This document shows positions 20,019 through 30,062 of a stretch of DNA of 64,000 nt, piece after piece. The notes beneath the pieces are model-generated. The model ran no database searches. It saw only the letters and a list, made by a program, of their open reading frames with translations, and was not told the origin of the DNA. The number at the start of each line of letters is the position of its first letter. Within the stretch, counting starts at the first letter, position 1. Source of the DNA: an uncultured cyanobacterium (GTDB taxonomy: Bacteria > Cyanobacteriota > Cyanobacteriia > Cyanobacteriales > Cyanobacteriaceae); NCBI GenBank assembly GCA_963710605.1, contig CAVQBA010000002.1:184785-248784 (forward strand), read 5' to 3'. The translations under genes and the position numbers were made by a program.

Positions 20019-20828
20019 GTGGCTCAAATAAATAATCCACTCATCGACTCATCACCAAAAGAAGTGCCATTAAAAAATGCACCTCTTATTCGTGTGATTG
20101 CCCAGATGCGCTTTCCTACTATTCTTTCCATTGAAAATAAAGGGTTTGTTAGCTCATTCCAAGAGGCAATTAGAGAAGATTACTCAATTTTACAACCAAA
20201 AAAAACTCAGGATTTTATTTTAGGAGAAGAAGGATTGATACTACCATCAGATTCTAAAATTATCTGGCGTTTTATGGACAAAATTGACTCGTGGCATTGG
20301 CGTGTCTCACTTGCATCTAATTTCTTAGCTTTAGAAACGACTAATTATTCTAGTCGTGATGATTTTATTGAACGTTGGCAAAAAGTGATGCAATCTTTGA
20401 AAGATAATATCAAACCAAAAACAATCGAACGTTTTGGACTTCGATATATCGATCGACTGACGGGAAAAGATTGCCAAGATGTTTCTTCTTTAGTTAAACC
20501 AGAAATTGCGGGAATTATTAACACTCAATTACGAGATAACATTCATCAAGTCATCAATCAATCTTTATTTATTATTCCCAAGACGAAAAAGCAAATTACA
20601 GCTAGATGGGGACTTTTATCTGAAGGAAATACTTATGATGCTAATGTTATTCAACCTATTTCTGAGCCGAGCTGGATTTTGGATTTAGATATGTCTGTAT
20701 CTAATCATCAAAATTTTCTTGTTGAGGATGTAGTAAAACAAACGGATGAGTTTTCTCAAAGACTATATACTTTTTTTCGATGGATGGTAGAAGATGAGTT
20801 TTTAATTCGTTTTGGAGGTGAATTATGA
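20019..20828 (+). CDS. TIGR04255-family protein (sporadically distributed)
   Basis: LKNAPLIRVIAQMRFP, LETTNYSSRDDF, RFGLRYIDR, WILDLD, FFRWMV motifs. Confidence 0.85.
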   Translation: MAQINNPLIDSSPKEVPLKNAPLIRVIAQMRFPTILSIENKGFVSSFQEAIREDYSILQPKKTQDFILGEEGLILPSDSKIIWRFMDKIDSWHWRVSLASNFLALETTNYSSRDDFIERWQKVMQSLKDNIKPKTIERFGLRYIDRLTGKDCQDVSSLVKPEIAGIINTQLRDNIHQVINQSLFIIPKTKKQITARWGLLSEGNTYDANVIQPISEPSWILDLDMSVSNHQNFLVEDVVKQTDEFSQRLYTFFRWMVEDEFLIRFGGEL

Positions 20829-21460
20829 ATTTAGTGCTAGAAGAAAGAAAAGACTATTCTGAAAATCAATCGTCTAATTCAAAAATATTTTTATTAAATG
20901 ACATTACTACTGCTTCTAAACAAAATCCTCAATCTAATTTAATCACAGCCTTAGAAACGACTACTAGTGGTGTTATTTTACCATCCACAGAAACTACCAG
21001 AAAGTCAGTTCATGAATTAAGAAAGCTGACAGGTTTAACTTGGGAACAAATTGCCAAACTGTTTAATGTCTCACGCCGAACTATTCATTTTTGGGGTAGT
21101 GGCAAACGACTCAACAGTGCTAATGAAGAACAATTAAATTTACTGTTAGAAACTATAAAATATATAAATAGAGGTAGTGCCAGTCAAAATCGTCATTTAT
21201 TATTACAAGACAGTAATAATGGAAGACGTTATTTAAACTTGTTAATTACAGGTGAATATGACACGGTAAAAAAAGAACTGGGAGAAGGAAAAAACGCACC
21301 CAATAAAGTTAAATCAGGTTCTTTGTCCGAAGAAGCTCGTGCTATGCGTAAACCCCCTAGCCCAGAAACTCTTGTAGATGCTTTACAAGAACCAATTCAT
21401 CATACCAGTGGACGTTCTCGCCCTGCTAAATCTGTAAGGAGTCGTAAACAGAGTAAGTAG
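20825..21460 (+). CDS. XRE-type HTH protein with low-complexity termini
   Basis: ELRKLTGLTWEQIAKLFNVSRRTIHFWGSG. ATGA overlap with the upstream stop. Confidence 0.8.
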   Translation: MNLVLEERKDYSENQSSNSKIFLLNDITTASKQNPQSNLITALETTTSGVILPSTETTRKSVHELRKLTGLTWEQIAKLFNVSRRTIHFWGSGKRLNSANEEQLNLLLETIKYINRGSASQNRHLLLQDSNNGRRYLNLLITGEYDTVKKELGEGKNAPNKVKSGSLSEEARAMRKPPSPETLVDALQEPIHHTSGRSRPAKSVRSRKQSK

Positions 21461-22300
21461 TGGAAAATAAACGTAATATTTTTATTAAAGAAGTAGATCG
21501 AGTTCTCCAAAATTGGACTCAAGGTGATTACGTATTGGGAGAACATTGGTTTGTTTATCGCTACAATATCGATCAACCTTTAACTGAGACTTCAGAAGAT
21601 ACTGCCGAACAAAAGATAGATCTTGCTGAAGAAGAAGTTAAGGGTTTTGTTGTCGTAACGCAAACTTGTGATATTGTTCGATCGTGTAAGTCTCGTCCAT
21701 TTGTCGAAGTTGTTCCTTTAGTTGAGGTTGATGAACAAAAATTATTAGAGATTAAAAAGGCTAGAAGACCCCATTATGCTTATATTCCCAGTACTGAAAA
21801 AGATAGTTTGGTAGCCGATCTGAGATCGTGTTATGACAGTAGAAAAACCAGTTGTGGCTCAATGGAAACGTCAACAAGGCTGTACAAACGATCGAGAAAT
21901 TAGAGCATTCGCACAAGCATTAGCAAGAAAAAAGATGAGGTTTGCTTTTCCTGATGACTTTAATTATTTTGTCAGTAAACTTCAAAAGCGACTAAAAGAA
22001 AAACATGACAAGTTGAGTAATGAAGGTGAGGCTTTACGAGGGTTAGATGAAATTAGAGTCAAAGCTTCACCAGATTGGAATGCCTCTAAAGTAGAACTGA
22101 TGTTTTGGTTTATACGTGATGAAGGGCAATTAGATTTTCAAGGAACGACATGGAATGAATTGTTAGATAAGTGGTTAAGATTAATTCCTGAATCCGATCG
22201 TTTTTATCAAGTTGATGGTGTAGTTATTACCTTAGAAGATATGACAGCAAAAGAATATGTTCAAAGCGATCGTTTAGACTTAGATCATTTATCATCTTAA
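21460..22300 (+). CDS. Hypothetical protein with PemK/MazF-like N-terminal domain, split by a +1 frameshift near 21822
   Basis: 841 nt (3n+1). Removing one base gives ...VADL-DRV-MTVEK..., a single 279-aa protein. Motifs WxQGD, VVVTQTCDI, VEVVPL. Confidence 0.7.
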
Positions 22301-22436
22301 ACACATACTTTTTTCCTTCTTTTCAATCGTTCATCCTTTTATCTCAATTAGACAACCATAACATTACAGATAAAAATCAAAACGATGGGCTTATGAGTAA
22401 CGAAAGTTTACCCATATGCCCCGATCGTTTCATCCA

Positions 22437-22811
22437 TTAAGGATTTTGTCTTAATCCTAAAGAATTACCGTCTAAATCTTTAAAAAAGGCTAGTTTAACC
22501 CCTTCTCCTGCCTCTTGAATTTCGCCTACAGAAACTCCTTTATCGATCAACGCTTGACGAGCAGTTTTGATATCATCAACCACAAAAGTAGTTACCGCAC
22601 CACCAGTGCCGACTCTTTCAGGATTGACGTATAATCCGATCGAAGCATTGTCTATATCTGGAATAGCTAATTGTGCCCAAGTTTTGGTGGGGAATAAATC
22701 TAACTTTTTAAAACCTAATTTCTCTTCATACCAATTGATACTGGCAGTTAAATCAGAAACATCTACTTTTAATGTTAATGCGTATTCGCCAATTATCGAC
22801 TGTAAACTCAT
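22437..22811 (-). CDS. VOC/glyoxalase family protein
   Basis: VSDLTASINWYEEKLGF, FVVDDI, AFFKDLDGNSLGL. Confidence 0.9.
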   Translation of the reverse strand: MSLQSIIGEYALTLKVDVSDLTASINWYEEKLGFKKLDLFPTKTWAQLAIPDIDNASIGLYVNPERVGTGGAVTTFVVDDIKTARQALIDKGVSVGEIQEAGEGVKLAFFKDLDGNSLGLRQNP

Positions 22812-22923
22812 GATTGATTACTTTCCTATTTTTTTATACTTTGAACCAAATATAATCATAATCTTCGATCGATACTCTACACATGATCCTAAAGAGTTAT
22901 TTTTTCCATTATTAATTCTTAAT

Positions 22924-23037
22924 TATAGCTTTTCCCATACTTACGAGGTACAACAAAAAATGGTAAGTCCTCCTTAATAAGGGGGATGGGGCCCGTGGGG
23001 GATCGGTATGTGCTTCATAACACTAAGAATTGCTATA
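22924..23037. mobile_element. TATAGC-ended MITE containing a REP hairpin
   Basis: TATAGCTTTTCC...GAGGTACA and TGTGCTTC...GAATTGCTATA termini. A related right end lies at ~17290-17318. Confidence 0.7.
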
Positions 23038-23100
23038 TCAGTACAATATTTGACAAAGGCTTTTTTCTGTATTGATTGCTAGTGCAATTACGATCGATTT

Positions 23101-23421
23101 TTATTCGTAATGAAAACGACAGGTCAAAAAATCAATTTGATGTTGAGTGACTCGATATATCAAACGATGCTCTAAATCGATTCTTCTTGACCAAATATCA
23201 CTGTCTAAATACTTTAATGGTTCGGGTTTGCCAATACCTTGAAAAGGATTTTTTATCACCTCTGTCACTAAATCAAGTATCTTGGCGGCTTTTTTATCGT
23301 CATATTTGAACCACCATTTTAAGTCTTTTTTAAATTGACTGCTAAAACCCGGTATTTGAGAAAAACTTGGCTGTATTTCTCCTTGCTCGTCAGATTTACG
23401 GGGTTTTTTCTTTTTAGTCAA
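23101..23421 (-). CDS. yoeB: Txe/YoeB-family toxin
   Basis: PFQGIGKPEPLKY...WSRRIDLEHRLIY...CRFHY. Confidence 0.93.
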   Translation of the reverse strand: MTKKKKPRKSDEQGEIQPSFSQIPGFSSQFKKDLKWWFKYDDKKAAKILDLVTEVIKNPFQGIGKPEPLKYLDSDIWSRRIDLEHRLIYRVTQHQIDFLTCRFHYE

Positions 23422-23698
23422 TGCCTAATTCTCCTTTCAAATCCTCTACCGATTGTGGTTGAATTTTTCCTGAAATAGACTCTTCTATTGCCCCAAACAG
23501 ATGACGGGCATTACTAGGCGATCGCAATAAATAGACTGTTTCTACCAAACTGCGTAATTCTGATTCGGCAATTAAAGCTACATTTTCACCATCACGACGA
23601 TTAATAAGGAAGACTTCTTTGTCTTGGGCTACTTTTTCTAGTAATTGAAACAGACTTTTTCTTGCTTCTGTGGGTGATGTTATTTCATAACTAAACAT
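23414..23698 (-). CDS. yefM: Phd/YefM-family antitoxin
   Basis: SPTEARKSLFQLLEKV...ETVYLLRSPSNARHL; overlaps the toxin gene. Confidence 0.92.
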   Translation of the reverse strand: MFSYEITSPTEARKSLFQLLEKVAQDKEVFLINRRDGENVALIAESELRSLVETVYLLRSPSNARHLFGAIEESISGKIQPQSVEDLKGELGID

Positions 23699-23712
23699 AT
23701 CGATCGCCTTTT

Positions 23713-23736
23713 ATGTACAACAAAATGTACATTATA
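23713..23736 (-). promoter_or_regulatory. yefM-yoeB operator and -10 element
   Basis: Two TGTACA palindromes (23714, 23726) 12 bp apart, next to a minus-strand TATAAT (23731-23736). Confidence 0.75.
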
Positions 23737-23786
23737 ACTCAAAGACGATTACATTATTTTAATTAACGCTCGATCGTGCTTGATTG

Positions 23787-23849
23787 TTGGGTTTCGGTTT
23801 TGTTATCTATTCGTTGTCGATCGAAATTTTTAGACTCAACCCAACCTAC
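23787..23849. repeat. REP-like element (GTTGGGTTTCG...CTCAACCCAACCTAC)
   Basis: Inverted arms with a GTAG foot on the minus strand. Confidence 0.65.
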
Positions 23850-24006
23850 TACTAACTATCTCTCTCAATATTTATGTACTATTATACAATTAATAATTAA
23901 TTATTAACAATTACCTCTCTTTGAAAAGAAGAGGATTGACAAAGGGTGCAAAAATGTTTCTTTATTATCCCCAGTTAAGGGCAAGCAGATACTCCAAAAT
24001 TTTTCC

Positions 24007-24179
24007 GTAAAAAGTAATCTAACAATCCCACTAGATATTTACGTACTAGTAAAAAGTAATTTAACTATCTCACCAGATATTTATGTACCAGTAAAAAGTA
24101 ATCTAACTATCTCACTAGATATTTACGTACTAGTAAAAAGTAATCTAACTATCTCACTAGATATTTATGTACTAGTAAA
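24007..24179. repeat. 42-bp tandem repeat, four copies
   Basis: GTAAAAAGTAATCTAACTATCTCACTAGATATTTA[CT]GTACTA units start at 24007, 24049, 24091 and 24133. Confidence 0.95.
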
Positions 24180-24293
24180 GTTGTGTCAATTTAATAACTG
24201 TAACTATTATTGACGACGATCGATTTGAGTTGCTTTAACATTGAATGATAATGACCAATCTCATTAATTAATTACTTTATGAGTTCATCGTAG

Positions 24294-27200
24294 TTGCTTA
24301 TGTCACCATCGCTAAACGATCGTTATTTATCTTTCAAACTTACTTCAAAAGGTTATACTGCTGAACTATTAGCCTCTCTCAATCGCTCTATAGAAAGAGG
24401 ATTAATTGATGAGCAGAGTATTTATGTTTACCTCAATAGTAAAGATGTCTCTTCTGGGCAGACAATTAACTTTTTTAACCTCAACACCAAAGTAACTATT
24501 GAAAAATTGTTAGCAGGTTTAACTCAATGGCAAGAATTAGGTATTTTAGATAACGCTCAAATTAATTTAGAAATACAGACAAAAGCAAATCATCCTTTTT
24601 TATTACAGAGTTTAGACGAATGGCTTCAACTCGGATGTATTGATGAATCTAAAGTTAAGCAACTGTGTCAAAAAAATCTTACCTCTATCCTTCCTAATGT
24701 TAAAGTTTCTCCTTCACCAAAATCTGTAGCTAAACCGAAAAAAGAAGTAACAGCAGTTGCGAAAGTTAAAACTCCTAGCCGATTTCAACAGATATTACAG
24801 TCATTGAAAGCCGAATTGAGCGTGATTTGGTTGTTATCGTTGGGTGTCTTTATGATCGTTATTTCTTCAGGAGTTATCGCCGCTAGTCTTTGGGATGAAT
24901 TTCCAAGGGCTGGACAATATGGGGTGTTATGGCTTTATACTTTACTTTTTTGGGTTAGTAGTTTTTGGCTAGGAAAAAAACCTAATTTACAATTAACAAC
25001 GATCGCATTACAATTAATTACTTTATTATTAGTACCCATGAATTTCCTAGCGATGGATAGTTTGGGTTTAGGGCAAAATCCTCTAGATTGGGCGATCGTA
25101 ATTTTAGCTACTTTATCTTTATCATTTGTCACTGTTAATTTATTTCGCCAAATAGGTATTAGTGAAAAATATCCCAAAATTTATTTAGGATTGAGTTACT
25201 TGCATTGGGGATGGGCAATGAATTGGTATCCTATCTGGGCAATTTATTTAGGAGTTTTAGCTATAGCCATAATCATCATTCCTCCTCCTTTTCTTCAAAA
25301 CAAAATATCTTCAACTAAGATAGACAAAACTAAGACATTATTACCATTTAATCTTCATGGTACGATCGTTACCTATGCTTTAGTAATTTTATTATTTAGG
25401 GCAATATTCATCGCAGGAGTAGAAATAACTCAGTTAGGTTTAGCTATCGGTGTTTGTGGTTGGTTACTTACTCACACCAAAAAAAGTTATTTTCCTTGGT
25501 GGCAATCAGTCGGAGTTGTTTTACTTTTACTTGGTTGGTTAGTCTCAGTTACAACTGTGCCTTGGCAAAGTTTAGGCGTTAGTTGTTTGGGTATGATATA
25601 CCTAAGAAAAAGATTATTACAATCGTGGTCAAAACGCAATCTTTGCTTATTACTAGCGATCGGTTTACAATCATTATGGTTACTATGGCGATTAATTCCT
25701 GAAACTATTAGCCAACAATTAATTGTTTGGGCAACAACCTTAACTGCTTCTGTCGATACACCAGAAGTATTATTAAGTCTGGCACTATTTCCTTATATCC
25801 TTGTTATTCTTTTTACTAGCGAATGGTTAGTTAAAAAAAATCAATCTAAACTAGCTATTTTTAACGATCGAATCGCCTTTTGGTTTGGCATAGTTTTAAC
25901 CTTATTTAGTTTAGCCAATCCTGCTTTAAGAACAATAAATTTAGCTTTATCTACTGTTACCCTCGTTACTGTTATTCAACGAAAACTTACCTCAACTCCT
26001 GAGTCTTTAAAACAATCTCACCCTGCTGTTTCTCAGACTTTAGCTACTATTACTCATATTAGTGGATTGATAACTTTAGTCTTTGCGATTGATTGGATAG
26101 CACCTCAATTAAGTTTTGGTGGTTGGGGAATTGTATTTTTATTTTTAACCATTATTGAATTAATCTTTAGTGTTGTTATCCCCGTTACATCGATTGATTT
26201 ACTGCGTCTGTTAAGTCAAAATGCTTGGTATATAGGATTATTTTTAGCAGGGCTTTCTTTTCTCTTTTTTGAAGTAAACCAACAAGTAGTGTTAGAAACT
26301 CAGACAATTTCGATTGATCGATCTTCAATTAATTTAGAATGGGGATTAATTTGGTGTTTGATACCAATTACTTTTACTACCATTGCTTATAAGTATCCTC
26401 TTCGTCGTTTGATTTCAGCTCAGTTAAGTATCATCACATTACTCTCATGGCAGTTGTTAACCTTAACTGAATTATTCAGTTACTTCCTTGGTAGAGAAAT
26501 TACACTTAATATTGCAGTATATTCGGCTAGTTTAGGTATCGCTACAATAGTTGCTCTAATTAACACTAACAAAATACAAGAATTAGCATTCGCTGTTATT
26601 ACTCTAGGTTTTGGTTTAAGTTGGCTTACGTTACATTTATGGGCAGGAATTTTTGGTTGGGGATTGCAATTTATTGGTAGTTGGTTATTAGCAGGGGCGA
26701 TCGTTTCTACTACTTTCTGGTTATCTCGTCATCGTTTAAAAAAAGTTAATTCTTTATGGGCAGATATTTATAGTCAAGCCTTCAATGGTTGGGCAATATC
26801 TATTGTTTCTATTACTGGTTTAGCAATCTTGTTTTATAGTTTTGTCACCAATTTTGAGCCTCTTGATCTATCAACTTCGATTGCAACGGCTATACTTATC
26901 TTAGCTACAGCTTATAATAGCAGTCAAAAACCTCGCTCTTCTTTTGATATTTGGTTAGGTATTGCTACACTTTTAACCGTTCAAATTCCCTTATTTACCC
27001 TCGCAGGTTATCGCTTAATTAGTTTGGGAGTAGCAACGGCTTTAATGGTTGTTTATGTCAATTATTTACCTCGATTGGCGACAACAGTTATCAATGTGGG
27101 GATAGCGATAATTTTTGTCATGACTTGCCTTGGAGAATTAGAATTATTAGCTAGATTTGATAGTTGGTTATTAGCTTTTGCCTCTATTATTACGATTCTG

Positions 27201-28910
27201 TGGTTATTAAGAAGTTGGTTTAAATCTTTTGATGGTAATAATAAGATTACTAATATTTATAGTAAAGCAACAAATAGATGGGCGATCGTTTTATTTAGTT
27301 TACAACTGTTACTTCTAACTGTTCATTCAATTGCCATTCATTGGGATATAACTTCCGCAACTACTTTATTAATTCTTGCTTCGGTGATAACTTTACTAGC
27401 AATTAGTTATCGTGTCTGGCAAACACCAACTAACAGGGGTATTTATGTTATCGGTTGGTGCTTAGAAATTGTCACTATTGAAGTTTTGGATTTATTTGGT
27501 TACTCAATTATTGCTTTAAGTATTGCTAATATTATTTTAGGATTAATAACTCAAATATTTGGTAACTGGTGGTATAAACGTCATGGTAACTCACAAGTAT
27601 TTGCTAGTTGGAATATTATTCCTTTGTTTTATGCGGCTTTAGGTGGTGTTTTACGCTGGGGAATCTTCAATAATTGGACGGGTTTAACTTCTTTAGGGTT
27701 AGTCTTTATTCTGATTGGTGTTGGTTGTCGCTCACAAAAACTCAAACCTTTACTTTATCTCGGTATTGCTGGTATTAGTTTATCTGCTTACGAATTACTG
27801 TTACCTCGACTGACTGGTTTATCCATCGGCGATCGATTTTTAGCAATATCTGCTTTAACTACTACTTTTGTCTATAGCTATCGTGTCTTGACTCCTTGGT
27901 TAAGTCAATATTGGGGTTTAACTTCCTCCGAATTAAAATTAATCGCTTCTTTACATTGGGGTTTAGCAAGTTGTCTGTTATTACTAGGATTCGTGTTTCC
28001 TGTGGAAGTTAATCAGTTTGTTGGTTTAGGTGCGGGTGTCTTCCTTACTCGTTATGCTATTTATCAGGGGCGTAATAATCCTAACCAAAAAAATGGCGAA
28101 ACATGGGTTTACATGGGGATTTTTCTGGCAATTACGATCGTTTTATACATCACTGACTTAATTGATAGCACTTTCTTTTATCGCTATTTTGCACCTTGGT
28201 GTGGAATTTTAGTATCTTTTGGGGCAGTTGGTTTATATCTTCTTCCTTGGCAGTCATGGGGTTGGCAAAAAAAACCTTGGCAAAGAGTCGCCCTTATTTT
28301 ACCTATAATTGCTGTTGTCGGTTATGGAGAGGTTGTTAACCAAATCAGTTTAATCGCTGTAGCTGTCTTTTATGGTTGGCAGGGATGGATAACTAAACAA
28401 ACTCGCACTTATCTGCTTACTCTTGTCTTGATTGATTGGGTAATTCTTAGTTGGTTAGAAATCTTTGATTTGACCACACCATTTGTTTACAATGCTTTAC
28501 TCGGACTTTCTATTATTGCTTTTTCTTGGATTGAGCCAAATTGTCAAGGGAAAAGTAACAAATCTTTACGTAATTATATTCGTTTATTAGGGATGGGAAT
28601 TATTTGTGGTACATCACTTTTATTTCATTATCAGACAGGAGTTATTCCTGCTGTAGTTGGTTTAGTGGCTATTTTTGCAGGATTAGGATTAAGAGTAAGG
28701 GCTTTTCTTTATATTGGTACGTTAACTTTTGCTTTCAATGCTTTTTATCAATTAGTTATTTTAATCTTCGATTATCCTTTGCTTAAATGGGTGGTAGGTT
28801 TAATTATAGGTTTGACTTTACTTTCGATCGCAGGTAGTTTTGAAACCCGTAAATCTCAATTATCTTCTTTATTCCAAAATTGGTTAGCAAAACTGCAAGA
28901 ATGGGAGTAG
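24294..28910 (+). CDS. Very large polytopic membrane protein (DUF2157-like)
   Basis: 1538 aa, mostly hydrophobic helices. ELSVIWLLSLGVFMIVISSG motif and GLGLRVRAFLYIGT...AGSFETRK C-terminus. Confidence 0.8.
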   Translation: MLMSPSLNDRYLSFKLTSKGYTAELLASLNRSIERGLIDEQSIYVYLNSKDVSSGQTINFFNLNTKVTIEKLLAGLTQWQELGILDNAQINLEIQTKANHPFLLQSLDEWLQLGCIDESKVKQLCQKNLTSILPNVKVSPSPKSVAKPKKEVTAVAKVKTPSRFQQILQSLKAELSVIWLLSLGVFMIVISSGVIAASLWDEFPRAGQYGVLWLYTLLFWVSSFWLGKKPNLQLTTIALQLITLLLVPMNFLAMDSLGLGQNPLDWAIVILATLSLSFVTVNLFRQIGISEKYPKIYLGLSYLHWGWAMNWYPIWAIYLGVLAIAIIIIPPPFLQNKISSTKIDKTKTLLPFNLHGTIVTYALVILLFRAIFIAGVEITQLGLAIGVCGWLLTHTKKSYFPWWQSVGVVLLLLGWLVSVTTVPWQSLGVSCLGMIYLRKRLLQSWSKRNLCLLLAIGLQSLWLLWRLIPETISQQLIVWATTLTASVDTPEVLLSLALFPYILVILFTSEWLVKKNQSKLAIFNDRIAFWFGIVLTLFSLANPALRTINLALSTVTLVTVIQRKLTSTPESLKQSHPAVSQTLATITHISGLITLVFAIDWIAPQLSFGGWGIVFLFLTIIELIFSVVIPVTSIDLLRLLSQNAWYIGLFLAGLSFLFFEVNQQVVLETQTISIDRSSINLEWGLIWCLIPITFTTIAYKYPLRRLISAQLSIITLLSWQLLTLTELFSYFLGREITLNIAVYSASLGIATIVALINTNKIQELAFAVITLGFGLSWLTLHLWAGIFGWGLQFIGSWLLAGAIVSTTFWLSRHRLKKVNSLWADIYSQAFNGWAISIVSITGLAILFYSFVTNFEPLDLSTSIATAILILATAYNSSQKPRSSFDIWLGIATLLTVQIPLFTLAGYRLISLGVATALMVVYVNYLPRLATTVINVGIAIIFVMTCLGELELLARFDSWLLAFASIITILWLLRSWFKSFDGNNKITNIYSKATNRWAIVLFSLQLLLLTVHSIAIHWDITSATTLLILASVITLLAISYRVWQTPTNRGIYVIGWCLEIVTIEVLDLFGYSIIALSIANIILGLITQIFGNWWYKRHGNSQVFASWNIIPLFYAALGGVLRWGIFNNWTGLTSLGLVFILIGVGCRSQKLKPLLYLGIAGISLSAYELLLPRLTGLSIGDRFLAISALTTTFVYSYRVLTPWLSQYWGLTSSELKLIASLHWGLASCLLLLGFVFPVEVNQFVGLGAGVFLTRYAIYQGRNNPNQKNGETWVYMGIFLAITIVLYITDLIDSTFFYRYFAPWCGILVSFGAVGLYLLPWQSWGWQKKPWQRVALILPIIAVVGYGEVVNQISLIAVAVFYGWQGWITKQTRTYLLTLVLIDWVILSWLEIFDLTTPFVYNALLGLSIIAFSWIEPNCQGKSNKSLRNYIRLLGMGIICGTSLLFHYQTGVIPAVVGLVAIFAGLGLRVRAFLYIGTLTFAFNAFYQLVILIFDYPLLKWVVGLIIGLTLLSIAGSFETRKSQLSSLFQNWLAKLQEWE

Positions 28911-28950
28911 TTGTGATCGTGCCAAAAGTGAACTATTAACTTTTAACTCT

Positions 28951-29231
28951 TATCGTTAATTAAAACAAAAAGGAGACAATTTGCGGATTTAAGCATAGAG
29001 TTTAATTTATTAAACGTACTCTGTTAGCCTTGTCAATTGATTGCAAGGCGGGTTTGATACTCTCATTTAAGAAGATGATAATTCTTACCCAGTAATATTG
29101 TTGTACCGAAGAATTAGATCGAGCAATCAGATCTGAATCGATCGCTGTTTAACAATAGCATCTTATCTACGCTTAAGACCCACCTTGAATTCAAATTCAA
29201 GGCTAATAGAAACCGTTTAATAAATTAAACT
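28951..29231. repeat. Partial MITE plus an inverted pair of REP-like units
   Basis: 28951-29053 resembles 18190-18291. 28999-29053 and 29178-29231 are inverted copies. Confidence 0.65.
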
Positions 29232-29457
29232 AACATTCAAAATGTACCCTAATTAACAATCACAAAGTAGTTTCAATTCTTATTCTTAAAGTGGATTTTA
29301 TGTTCTTCTTTTTATTTTTTCCCTTACGTCTTAACTCTTAACTATCTCTTAGCTTTTTGCTATAGCTATCACATTTTGAGATTGAAAAAAAGAGCAAAAA
29401 AATAGACGGTGTAAAAACCGCCATCAAACTTAATTATAAATTAATTGTGTTAGTCGC

Positions 29458-29826
29458 TTATTCAACAACAATAGTACCTGCCATACCAGCACCACGATGA
29501 GGCTCACAGTAATAAGCATATGTACCAGGTTCGTCAAAAGTTTCTTCAAAAGATTCACCAGGAGCGAAAGCTAAACCTTTATGGGTATGTTCGTCTGCAT
29601 CTTTAGCCGATTTATCGAAAACAACATTATGAGGTGCTAATTTGTTGTTTACCCATTTTACGGTATCACCAGCTTTGATAGTTACCTTAGAAGGTTGGAA
29701 AGCTAACATTCCATTGTCTGCACCCATTTTAACTTCTACGGTATCTGCTTGAGCTGAACCAGTAAAGCCGACCATTACCATCACGGCTAAAAGTACTGAA
29801 GATAAAAATAAACCTAATTTCTTCAT
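29458..29826 (-). CDS. petE: Plastocyanin
   Basis: Signal peptide [28 protein letters not shown] copper ligands. Confidence 0.98.
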   Translation of the reverse strand: MKKLGLFLSSVLLAVMVMVGFTGSAQADTVEVKMGADNGMLAFQPSKVTIKAGDTVKWVNNKLAPHNVVFDKSAKDADEHTHKGLAFAPGESFEETFDEPGTYAYYCEPHRGAGMAGTIVVE

Positions 29827-29931
29827 TGTTATTATTTTTTATTTATTAAATTTCTATACTTTATATTTTACTACGAACTTTGACGAGTTGTCATCTTTGT
29901 TAACCAGAAAGATCTTTATTGTTCCAACCAC

Positions 29932-29961
29932 TTGTCATTATTGACTTAAATCATATATAAT
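29932..29961 (+). promoter_or_regulatory. Putative sigma70-type promoter of the SRP RNA
   Basis: TTGTCA-N18-TATAAT ending about 7 nt upstream of the RNA. Confidence 0.5.
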
Positions 29962-29968
29962 AATAATT

Positions 29969-30062
29969 GACTCGAACTTATGCAATTGTGACGCTCAAAC
30001 CTTGTCAGAACCGGAAGGTAGCAGCAATACGGGATGCTTGCGGTGGGCTTAAGATTCGGGTC
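29969..30062 (+). ncRNA. ffs: Signal recognition particle RNA (small bacterial SRP)
   Basis: Domain IV motif TCAGAACCGGAAGGTAGCAGC. Ends GACTCGAACTTA / TAAGATTCGGGTC pair, followed by a T run. Confidence 0.92.

Noticed and set aside
21811-21835. Programmed ribosomal frameshift in the PemK-like gene
   Set aside because: No slippery heptamer or stimulatory structure is visible, and similar +1 lesions occur throughout the window.
24007-24179. CRISPR array
   Set aside because: The units are contiguous with no unique spacers, and there is no cas operon in the window.
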